A DNA stretch of 64,000 nt, taken from Octopus bimaculoides. Lineage: Eukaryota. The translations under genes and the position numbers were made by a program. The DNA lies in NCBI RefSeq assembly GCF_001194135.2, contig NC_068994.1, positions 4,684,280 to 4,748,279 of the forward strand, read 5' to 3'. Below the pieces are notes generated by a model. That model made no database searches, was not told the DNA's origin, and was given only the letters and a program-made list of their open reading frames with translations. Positions 12,351 through 23,124 of the stretch are shown here, piece by piece. Each line of letters opens with the position of its first letter. Within the stretch, counting starts at the first letter, position 1.

Positions 12351-14817
12351 CAAGAGAGTGTGGCATACAGATTTGCAATAACGAACCATCCATCCAAATT
12401 ATAAGAAGTAATTAATTACGATGCTAACAATATCCATTGATATTGAATATAATTGCAGTAACATAAACTAAATTTGATAAAACTGCAGTGGTGATCGTGT
12501 GGTCTCTGAAAGCACTATCAATCTCAGTCTCCTTTGAACGGTCACATTAGCTGTGATATCACTGTCTGCAAACACTAAAACAGTTATTGTTCCATTTGAT
12601 AACAATTTTAGATATATTCTGCCCTGTATCTCGATGTCCACAGCACTGATTGTAGTGATATCAGCTTCTGTTAAACAATATCTTTGAGACAATAACACCA
12701 GGTCTGTCATATAAACTTCTACAAACAATGAAACTCCCATGGTAATAATGTTATTTTAACAAACATCAATACTATTACATACCACATCAAACACTGCATC
12801 ATCATTATTATTATTTAAGTAATTATTATTATTATTATGTAAGGAATTATTATTATTATTTAAGAACTTATTATTTAATATTGTAGGCCAGTTAATTGAT
12901 GATATCGTTATCATTATCATTATTATTTAACTTGTCATTGCGTGAGAACACACGATGACAAACCGATTTTGCCGGGCTCAATAAAAAAAAAAAAACAGAA
13001 ACCAATCAGTCAAGACTTGGCTGTTGACAAGACCCTTCCCTGTCCCTTGCCTGTTTTTATTATTATTATTCACTGTTCTGTTAAAGAATGGAATATTCTT
13101 TAATAATCTAGGATAATTGTTAACGAAAGATGATGACAATATTGTATGAGAACACGAACAATATTGTTACAAAATCTCCTAAATGTTTGCAATTAGCGAC
13201 CCTGTCAACATATTTCTAACAGATGTGTGGTATTAAGACGAAAACAGAGGCCTTGTTAACTCCCTACCAGCAGACGTTGTGTCGAAGGTGAAGTAGAGAC
13301 TCTTGTGAACACACTTTCAAAAATTTCTTTGTTCTGAGAACTAAAGCAGTCCTTGTTACTATGCACTTGACAGATCTGTATTGTCTGCTGCTGTCCTGGC
13401 ATGAGGCCGACATCGTGAAAATAGGGTGTAACAACCTCACCTGAACTTCAGTTGTCAAACCCAACAACAGCACTCAGGGGACCTAACAAATAAACTGCAA
13501 ATTAGGTGCGTTTGTGTGTGTATATATAATATATATGTATATATATATGCACATTTACACACATAATATATTTTCTTTATTTTATTGAGGTTCTTTTTGC
13601 TGAGTGCAGTTAAGAGGAACATCAGCAACTGCAACAACAATAACAAACACTACACTAAGTGTACCTAATCTGATCTCTCTCCTCCCCCCGCCACCACCAC
13701 CACCCTCTTAAAAGTCGTCCCTGGGGAAAGAAAGGTTCGTATTAGCAATTATTTTTAGTTTGTCTCGTCAAGTTAAGGCTTCTTCTTTTAACGACCCACC
13801 CCTAAACACTGACACACACACACACAGTTTCTTTTCTTTTGTTTTTGCAGTGTTTTTTTTTTTCTATTGTTAATTAAATTTTGTTTTCGTTTTTGTTGAC
13901 TGAAAACTGCTACTACTGCTACTACTGCTACTAGTATTCTTCTGTGACTAGTGCAGACGTTAGTCAGTCAACGTAGATGCTTTAATTGTATCCAGCTCAG
14001 TGTCTCGCTGTTTCTGAGTTCAGTTCATACCTGGCTACAGGGAGCAACATTGCCTTTCATCCCTCCAGGGTCGATCAAACAACCACCAGTAACATATACC
14101 AGAGTTCAGCTGTATATGCTCCTCCCCCACTAAATGTGGCTGTCTACCTACTGAAGGCAAACAAGCAGCTTATCATTATCATTATTAGTATCATCACCTA
14201 ACCTACAACAAGGTCAGTATTTGGTGCCCTTGGCCACAACACAAAGCCAGGGTTTGCCCATCCCTCGGTAAGACACTTATTGTCATCAATATTATCCTCA
14301 ACAGTAAGATACGTTCATACTTTGCTGCCAGAATCATTACTTTATTATTATTATTATTATTAATTACTCGTCAAGTGTAATTGACAGCTGAGCAAAACGT
14401 CCCATCTCTGTTACATTTCTGAGTTCTTGTCTTCAGAAGAACAACAGTGATTCCTGTCACTGAAGCCTCTTGTGTTAGTGTCAGTTCAAGACAATAGAAG
14501 TCGTTAATTAAAATAGTTAGATAATTCCATATTTACTGAAGACAATCTTAAGAGTTTCCAGTTTTATATTTGCTGGGATTTTCCTGCTTTTGAAAGACAA
14601 CAGGAGATATCACATATATATTAATTTATTAGCTCACAATTATGTCTGAGTAAAGGTGACATATTTTTTTAAAAAGCCAATATAGTTTAAGAAAACCAAG
14701 AACTGAACTGAACAAAATAAAAGGATTGTTTTAATTATAATTAATAATTCTGTAATTATAAATAAGGTATTTTAGGCTATTTAACTAAGGGCAGAGTTCT
14801 CCTATCTCTTCTTCAAG

Positions 14818-16170
14818 ATGTGTTCTAATTCAGCTGTACAATACCCTCCCATTACAAACCATGTGAACTACCACGCCTGCAGTTTAGCATACTCTCAGGT
14901 CGGCATCACTCCCTCCTACCTCAGTTATAAGCAGAGGTATATCGAAAAGAAACCCTATAAATGCAATATCTGCCGTAAGCGGTTTGCATTGAGAGCCTAC
15001 CTGAAAAAGCATGAAATGGCTCCTGAGGCCGGCAAACATTTCACATGTATGTTTTGCGGCAAAGCTTTCCCGGAGCGTGACAAACTGCGTAATCATGAAC
15101 GTACTCACACCGGTGAGAGACCCTTCCCTTGTGAGCTTTGCGATATGGCTTTTGCTCAGAAAGACAAGTTGAAGATCCATCAACTGACTCACACCGGCAG
15201 TAAACCCTTTCAGTGTACCATATGCCACAAAGCCTTCTCTAGAAACGATAAACTTAAAATACACACCCGTTCTCACACAGGAGAGCGGCCTTTTGAATGC
15301 TTAATTTGTCGTCGCGCGTTCTCTCGCAACGACAAGTTAAAGCTGCATCAGCGGTCGCACACGGGTGAAAAACCATTTGAGTGCCCTGTTTGTCAACGGT
15401 GTTTTTCACGCAATGACAAGCTGAAAATCCATGAGAGATCACATACAGGTGAGAAACCGTTTAGCTGTGGGATTTGTCAGAAAGCTTTCTCTCGTAAGGA
15501 CAAGATGAAAATTCATGAATTCACACACAGTGGGGAAAAGCCATTTAGTTGTTCGCTTTGCTCAAAGTCCTTCTCTCGCAAGGACAAACTAAAATTGCAC
15601 GAGTTTACGCATTCAGGACAGAAGCCTTACAGTTGCGAAATATGCCGCCGTGCATTCTCTCGCAACGACAAGCTGAAGTTGCACCAGCGCACACACATAG
15701 CCAGTGCCATGGGTACAGAGGAGAACAAGATGAACAAATGCGACAAAGATTGCACCATGGCTGCTGCTACTGCACCACCGCCACCGCAACGATGTAACAC
15801 TGATAAACACAGCCAGTGTCACGCAGGGAACCATGCTGTCACCACACTGGTTGCATCTGCACCAACTTCGGTGCAGTCTTCGTCTATGATACCAACACCA
15901 GCTGCATGTTCACACCAAAGAATGCCCTCTCACTTGCCACATCTGCCACAGTTACCACCACTCACCCTCAATTCTCCTCCCATGGCTACGGCCTGCTCTC
16001 ACCAGATGTCGGCTTTGAACAACTTCAACTGGAAGAGGAATGTTCCCCCCATGACGTCTACATGGACTACAAACTGGGGTAACACCCTCAGCGTGCCGTC
16101 CTACAGCATCGGACAGAGGAAGTGTGAGAACCAAGAAGCAGTACACAGCATTCAAACCTTAATGCACTAA
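14818..16170 (+). CDS. C2H2 zinc-finger protein ZNF-A (450 aa; 9 fingers, finger 1 lacks the second His; His/Pro/Ser-rich C-terminus)
   Basis: Uninterrupted ORF with tandem C-x2-C-x3-F-x5-L-x2-H-x3-H units and TGE(K/R)P linkers. ATG directly follows a pyrimidine tract + AG (14816-17). AATAAA at 16397-16402. Confidence 0.92.
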   Translation: MCSNSAVQYPPITNHVNYHACSLAYSQVGITPSYLSYKQRYIEKKPYKCNICRKRFALRAYLKKHEMAPEAGKHFTCMFCGKAFPERDKLRNHERTHTGERPFPCELCDMAFAQKDKLKIHQLTHTGSKPFQCTICHKAFSRNDKLKIHTRSHTGERPFECLICRRAFSRNDKLKLHQRSHTGEKPFECPVCQRCFSRNDKLKIHERSHTGEKPFSCGICQKAFSRKDKMKIHEFTHSGEKPFSCSLCSKSFSRKDKLKLHEFTHSGQKPYSCEICRRAFSRNDKLKLHQRTHIASAMGTEENKMNKCDKDCTMAAATAPPPPQRCNTDKHSQCHAGNHAVTTLVASAPTSVQSSSMIPTPAACSHQRMPSHLPHLPQLPPLTLNSPPMATACSHQMSALNNFNWKRNVPPMTSTWTTNWGNTLSVPSYSIGQRKCENQEAVHSIQTLMH

Positions 16171-16792
16171 CTGACAACCCAGCCTGCCCTCTGTGAGGCT
16201 TCTCAAATCTGACAGTAAACTACTACATCATTGAATGTTGGTAGCTAACCACCCCAGCCAGCCAGCTATGCCCTGCCACTACCTGTGGCTCGGCTGTCCT
16301 AATGTCTACAACATGAACAACTCAACTCTGTATAAAAACAAACCCACCCTTAATCGACCCATTGTAATGATTTCACCATTGTATATGTCTCCAGTCAATA
16401 AAGTCTGATACCCAGTGGCTCCTCCCCCACTGGATACAGCACCATTTTACCAGCATTAAAACTGACAAACCACTGATCATGTGTGTTTACATACATACAT
16501 ATATGTTTTCTTTTTCTATTATTAATAATTGGCAGAATTTATAGAGTGACTCTAGGGCTGCGGGTTTTGTGTATTGGCACAGAGTTTTAATAAGTGCCAA
16601 TACACGGAAAACTCTTGGCTTTAGAGTTGCTCTCTAACTTTCACTGATTATTAATAATAATAAAACAAAAAATATATGTATGTATACTCATGTTTTGAGT
16701 TCTATTTTCCTATTTGTATCACCAAACATATACATATATATACATATATATATATATTTGTGTGTGCGTGTTTGCATGTTGTTGATCTAGGT

Positions 16793-17075
16793 CAGTGTTT
16801 CTCAAGCAAAGTTCACGTGACCCCTGGGAGTCCATAAGTGATTGGGGGTGGGGTCCATGGAAAAAATGTTGCTTTATTGCAAGAAACAGCTTGGTTTGTT
16901 TCCCTGGCATTTTGCATAGTTCGACCTACACAAGTGAATGGGTGAAAAATGAAATGGGAATTTGGAAAGAAGTATCTATAAAACTAGTTTTTAAACATCG
17001 AATGGCTCTGGGGGTCCACCAGAGTAAAATAGTAACCAAAGGGGTCCATAGACAAAAAATGGTTGAGAACCCCTG
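16793..17075 (+). mobile_element. hAT-Charlie-like MITE, copy 1
   Basis: Ends CAGTGTTTCTCAA / TTGAGAACCCCTG. Left flank ATCTAGGT resembles the Charlie target NTCTAGAN. A second copy lies at about 35075-35320. Confidence 0.7.
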
Positions 17076-19436
17076 GCCTGGATCAATTCTACCAACCACT
17101 GATCAAACATGAGATGGTCGTGGCTGTTTTGATTGTGACCATCTTTCCTTGTTCTATTGAGAAATAGTGTGCCTGGAATTTGCAAGAAAGTATGATGTGA
17201 TTTGAAAGATATTTAGCTGTTATTTCTAGCATGTCAAATAATCACCTGGCAGCTCCCATTTTAAGCTCATTAGTGTGTATATAGTGTATGTCGTCGTTGT
17301 GAATGATTGTTGATGGCAGGTAGGTGTGAAAGACAGGAGTGTTGCTGCTAGGACTTTGGCAATTTTCAGAGAGGCAGAATTATTAAACAGACGCACACAG
17401 GGAGTTATCTATCATTACGAGATGAGCTTCTTTTGGTTTCTGCATATCAAATCCACTCACAAGGCTTTGATTGGCCCAGGGCTATAATGAAAAATACTTG
17501 CCCAAGATGCAGCACTGTGGGACTGAACCCCAAATCTTGTGTTCGGGAAGCAAGCTTCATAACTCCATGGCTTTGACTGCTTTTGCTAATTGTTTTAGGT
17601 GCTTAAATAGTTGTGAGCAGATACAGACACCATTTTTGGCTTCATAACCCTTGACCCAGCAGAAGTTGGAGGGAAAGTGAGCTGAACCAACACTCAGGCT
17701 AGTACCCATTTCAGCTGAGTGGATGTTGAGTGCAGTGTGATACTCAGCTGGATGGAATAACTGGATCTGTGGATAATACTCATTGTTCAAAGGACAGTCT
17801 ACGGAGCCAACATGGTGGCCTCTTGGTCTGCTAGAAATAATAGCAAATCTCTTAAATTACATTTTGCTGTCTTAAACAAAAAAGGACACATTGGATCACT
17901 CGATTCACTATTTTTGGAAAAAAAGACAGGATGGTCACTGCTGGAATGTCTGCAGTTAGACAACCTATGAGGGTGTCTCTTTGGAAAATACTCAGCTCTA
18001 CTAAAGATTGAAGTCAAACCATTCCCTACTTAGAAAAAAAAGAAAGACAGAAAGGTTAGATAATAATCTGTGAGTCATTAAATGTTTCACGAGTCATTAG
18101 ATAATGTTATGTGAGTCACTAGGCAATGTTAAGTGAATCCTTAGATGCTGTTAGGGAGTCATGAGGTGCTGTTACATGAACCATTAAATGCGAGTCATTA
18201 GAAAATGAGTCAAGGTGGGAACTATCATGTGGTCGTCCCAATCTGCTAGAAATAACAACCAGTTCTCTTCAAATTGCACCCTACTGCCTTGAAAACAAGA
18301 AATGCAGGTATCCAGGATACCGTGTACTTCTGGAAACATTCTGTCTTGAAAATTAAAACTGGATGGTCATGGCTTGAAAGTCTTTGCTTGTAGTAAGTCT
18401 GTTGAACTGGGACTGGACATCACTGTTTTGTAATACAGGTATGAAGGCCAGCAATTGTTAGTGAAGGGGTCAAGTTAATGTAATCAAACTGGTGAAAAGA
18501 AGCTGTTTATTGTAATCACTTCAGAATGAAGTCTGATAACAATAACCCAATTGATGATATTGGTTTCAAATTTTGACACAAGGCCAGCAATTTTGGGGGT
18601 GGGGAGGGGCATAAGTTGATTACATCGATCCTCAGTGCTCAACTGGTATTCCTTATTTCTTTTACTGACCCTGAAAGAATGAAAGGCAAAGTTGACCTCG
18701 GCTGAATTTGAACTCAGAATGTAAAGACATGAAATGCTGCTAAGCATTTTGCCCAGCTTGCTACCCTTAATCCAAATGATAATATTAAGCAAATAAAGAG
18801 CACAGGTCCCACTAATTTTGATAAAAGCTAATTTAACCAGCAGCAGACTCTCTGTGTTCTGGGTTCAAATCCTGCCAAAGTCAACCTTTCAGTTTCAGGA
18901 TCAACAAAAAATCCCAATCCAGGGAGTGAATCGGTAGAACTGATCGGAGACCTTGTGGTATTTGTTCCAGCTTTTTGTGTTCTTGAGTTCAAATCCTGCC
19001 ATTGCCTACTTGGGTGGTAGACTTAATCCATTGCCTTATTTAACATCACCACCAGGCACCATGGATCCCTTCGACAGGCTCCATTCTGTTGCAGTCACAT
19101 CAGGTCTCTGGTTCAGGGATACCTCCTTCCCTCCCTCCTACCTGTCCCCTAAGCCCTTTAAAGAGTCCTGGACCCTGTATTTCCTCCTCATTAAAAAAAA
19201 GCTTAAATATTGATGGTAAGAAGCTCGCTTCCCAATCACATGGTTCCAGGTTCAGTCCCACTGCATGACACCTTGAGCAAGTGTCTTCTACTATAGCTTC
19301 AGGTCAACCAAAGCTTTGTGAGTGGATTTGGGTTGACAGAAACTGAAAGAAGCCCATTGTATATATATATATATATATATTATGTAAAACAATTAGGTTT
19401 GGTTCTGTGCGACTTAAATTTTTGTATGCTTAGATA

Positions 19437-19653
19437 CGAAGGTGTGTTGAAAAGTTCCTGGCTTAAAGGGTATCACGAAAGGCCTGGTTGGAGGCCCAAC
19501 CTTCCAAGTTCTTTTGCAGGGCTTAGAAAAACTGGAGGACCACTGCAATAAGTGTGTGAATCTGAGAGGGGAATATGTCGAATAAGATCATAATTAACTG
19601 ATCCTCCTGTGTTTTCTTTTACACAAAGCCCAGAACTTTTCAGTACTCCATTG
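19437..19653 (+). mobile_element. Mariner-derived MITE (about 215 bp), copy 1
   Basis: About 28 bp imperfect TIRs around TGAAAAGTTC, TA flanks. The internal part translates to the transposase C-terminus-like GLEKLEDHCNKCVNLRGEYVE*. Confidence 0.8.
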
Positions 19654-20975
19654 TATGTATGCATATAAGAATCTTTTCTACTATAGGTACAAGGTCTGGA
19701 TTTTGTGGGAAAGGGGACAGTTGATCACATCAACCCCAGTATGCAACTGGTACTTGATTTATCAACCTGGAAAGGATGAAAAGCAAAGTCAACCTCGGCG
19801 GAATTTGAACTCAGAACGTAGCGGCTGATGAAATACCGCGAAGTATTTTGCCTGGCATGCTAACGATTCTGCCAGCTTGCCAACTTAATCATCATCATCA
19901 TCATCGTTTAACGTCCACTTTCCATGCTGGCATGGGTTGGACGACTTGACTGAGGACTGGTGAACCAGGTGGCTCCAATCTGATTTGGCATGTAAGAATA
20001 ATATAACAAGGATGGAGAATATAGGTTTTAATAGCAAATCACATTTGTTTCTGCACCAAACACCAGCTTTAAGTTGTTGAGTTTACATTTATGTCTCATT
20101 ATGTGAGAATATTCTTTAGAATCATTCGATAATTAAATATTTTTCAGCAACAGCTGTGTGTGTGTGCTTGCTCAGGTGGAATGTGATCAATGCTTAATCG
20201 CATTCCACCTGAGCAAGCATCCACACAGCTGTTGCTGTAAAATATTTAATTATATATATATATATGCGTGGCTGTTGCCAGTACCGCCTGACTGGCCTTC
20301 GTGCGGGTGACACGTAAAAGCACTCACTACACTCTCAGTGGTTGACATTAGGAAGGGCATCCAGCTGTAGAAACTCTGCTAAATCAGATTGGAGCCTGGT
20401 GTAGCCATCTGGTTCACCAGTCCTCAGTCAAATCGTCCAACCCATGCTAGCATGGAAAGCAGACGTTAAACGATGATGATGTGTGTGTGTGTGTGTCCCA
20501 CCACCTCTACTTGACAATTGGCATTGGCTTCTTCACGTCCCTGTAACCGAGCAGTTCAACAAAAAAAACAATATAATAAGTATCGGGCTTCGTTTGACTA
20601 AAATTTCTTCAAGGCAGTGCCCCAGCTTTTTACATGGTACCAGCACCCACAAGCTCACAGGTCAAGTATTTCTCCCAAAGTGCTGGACAGTAGGACTGAA
20701 CTCAATATCACATGGTTAGGAAGCAAGCTTCTTACTCAAAGCCATGCCAGCATCTATGAGTGTTTATTGTTGGATTTGAAAACAAATTACATACTGGATT
20801 ATAATGCTTACCATCCTGAGAGCATGTACAGCACTCCCTTGGACACCCAGATTATACACAAGTAAATACTTCTTTTGTCACAAACTGATTTATTTAAGTG
20901 TCATGTTGTGTAGGCCATGTCTGCCCCTCGACTGAGTTTGATCCATAGACCTATAGTTTTCGGACATGTCATACT

Positions 20976-21962
20976 TCTGACGAACTGGCCCTCACAGCAG
21001 AATCACTACCAGAACTAGAGAAGAAACTTCAAGTGTGGAAGCAAGGTTTAGAATCAAAGGGCCTTAGAGTCAATGTTGCAAAGACCATAGTTCTAGTAAG
21101 TAGGAAGGCAAACACATCACACACCCCTTCAGATAATAGCTCGATCTGTAGAAAAGGTGTAGGTAGAAACTCCATAACATGTACCTAGTGTAAGCTATGG
21201 ACACGTAAGAGGTGCAGCAAAATCAAAGGAAGATTAACTGGGAAGATAGCTTTTGTGTGCAGCAGATGCACAGGGGCAATAAACACCACAGATACTCAGA
21301 AAACAGACCCCATCACATGCCAGGGGGAGAAACTAGAAGTAGTTGATAGTTTCCGCTACCTAGGTGACAGAGCCTGTAGGGGAGGGATGCTCAGAGAGTG
21401 TTACCACTAGAATAAGAATAACCTGGGCAAAGTTCAGAAAGCTTCTACCCCTACTGGCAACAAAGGGCCTCTTGCTCAGAGTAAAAGGTAGATTGTATGA
21501 TGCATGTGTGCTAATTGCCATGCTACACAGCAGTGAAACATGGGCCTTAACAGCTGAAGACATGCGTAAGCTTGAAAGAAATTAAGCTAGCATGATCCGC
21601 TGGATGTGTAATGTCAGTGTGCTCACACAACAGAGTGTAAGTGCCCTGAGAGAAATGTTGGACACAGAAGCATTGGATGTACCTTGGATCGTAGGGTGAC
21701 ATGCCGTGCGTGAGGAGACCTATTGAGTCAAGTACATCAACATCAGAATCAAAGCAAATGGAAATTGTAGTTGTGACCCCCATGCTGGTGGCACATAAAA
21801 AGCACCCACTACATTCTTGGAGTGGTTGGCATTAGGAAGGGCATCCAGCTGTAGAAACACTGCCAGATCAGACTGGAGCCTGGTGCAGCCTCCTGGCTTC
21901 CCAGACCCCAGTCGAACCGTCCAACCCATGCCAGCATGGAAAACAGACGTTAAACAATGATG
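20976..21962 (+). mobile_element. 5'-truncated, internally deleted RTE-type LINE remnant (RT C-terminal half plus 3' UTR ending GACGTTAAAC-(GAT)n-like)
   Basis: Translation DELALTAESLPELEKKLQVWKQGLESKGLRVNVAKT...VVDSFRYLGD, then (frameshift) GCSESVTTRIRITWAKFRKLLPLL...MLHSSETWALT, matches non-LTR RT domains 5-7 and the downstream RTE-type region. 21680-21790 is homologous to the reverse complement of about 52880-53080. Confidence 0.85.
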
Positions 21963-22817
21963 ATTGTGGCTGATGTGCAGTTTCAACATCTGTGAGTTGA
22001 TGTCTGAGAGTAAAAAATATTGGTAGAGGTGGGGGTGGGGACTAGATGCAGCTTAATAAAATTGGTGGCTGGTTCCGGGGTGCATCAGCTGTTATAGAAG
22101 CAGTAGAAAACTTAGAATAAACAGCATGTCTGGGAAATGGTGAACTGTTTGTTGACCCTTCTTCCCCCATTCTCCAATTCCATTCTGACAGAGCAGAGCG
22201 ACCAATGACCAAGACACTCCAGCGGAGACCCTTCCATCCAGGCAAGGTTGCTGTCAGTGTGTCCATTTGTATGAAGGTAAGGAATGGTTTGAGGCAGATT
22301 TGGCTGCTTTTTCTAGCTGGTCTGATGAAGCTCACTCACTGACTCACGAGTCAGTGAGTGTAGTTTGTTGGTGAGTCTTTGTTAATGAGGTAGACATCAT
22401 CAGACAGCTCTTATTAGTTCATATTTTTGTTGATATGATCTAATGGTTTCTTCCATGAGTGCTTACCAACTCTTGTATCCCCAAACCAGTACTCTATCTG
22501 GTATTTGAAATTAATAGGGGTCAGAAACTGGTGAGGCCTGAAGGGTTTGATAACATAAGTTATCCACTGCAGAGCTGAAAAATCCTTTAAAAAAGAACAA
22601 ATACAAACAAAAAGGAAAACACTTGACTCAACAAAAGGCATAAAAATGAATGAATAAAACAAAAAGGAAATGTAATTTTATTCCCCTTAATCACACCTGT
22701 TTGGTGAAGTGACCCCTATGATACCATAGATTGATAAGGTCTGGAGATAACAGTGTTTTTTTTTCTCTTCTTTTTCTTTAGCAAAGCACCCGACATCACA
22801 GATCTGAAATACATATA

Positions 22818-22851
<34 letters not shown>

Positions 22852-23124
22852 AGTCAACTTTAAATATAATCCCATAGATTAACAGTATGTAACATTACAA
22901 TCCTTGATTCCTGTTTTTTTTTCTTCAGGAAATGAGAGCCACAACATCACTAAACTCTTCATCAAGATATAGCCCTAGCCCTTACACTGCTCAATGGAAC
23001 CAAACTGGGGTTGCTTTTGTATTTTGTTTGTTTGCTTTTTTGTCATTAAACAGAATCTTTTCTGCAAGTGAAGCCTCAGCCTTCCACACGAATGGAGGAA
23101 CAATAAAATATCAAGGTAACTGCT

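Noticed and set aside
13990-14130. 71-aa ORF upstream of ZNF-A as a coding exon
   Set aside because: It overlaps a highly decayed SINE-A core (TTGCCTTTCATCCCTCCAGGGTCGATC).
14884-15276. Antisense ORFs over the ZNF genes (also 44461-44865 and 44074-44349)
   Set aside because: Shadow frames of repetitive coding sequence.
22322-22360. CTGATGA followed by a hairpin (hammerhead-like)
   Set aside because: No GAAA or helix I/III partner follows the stem.
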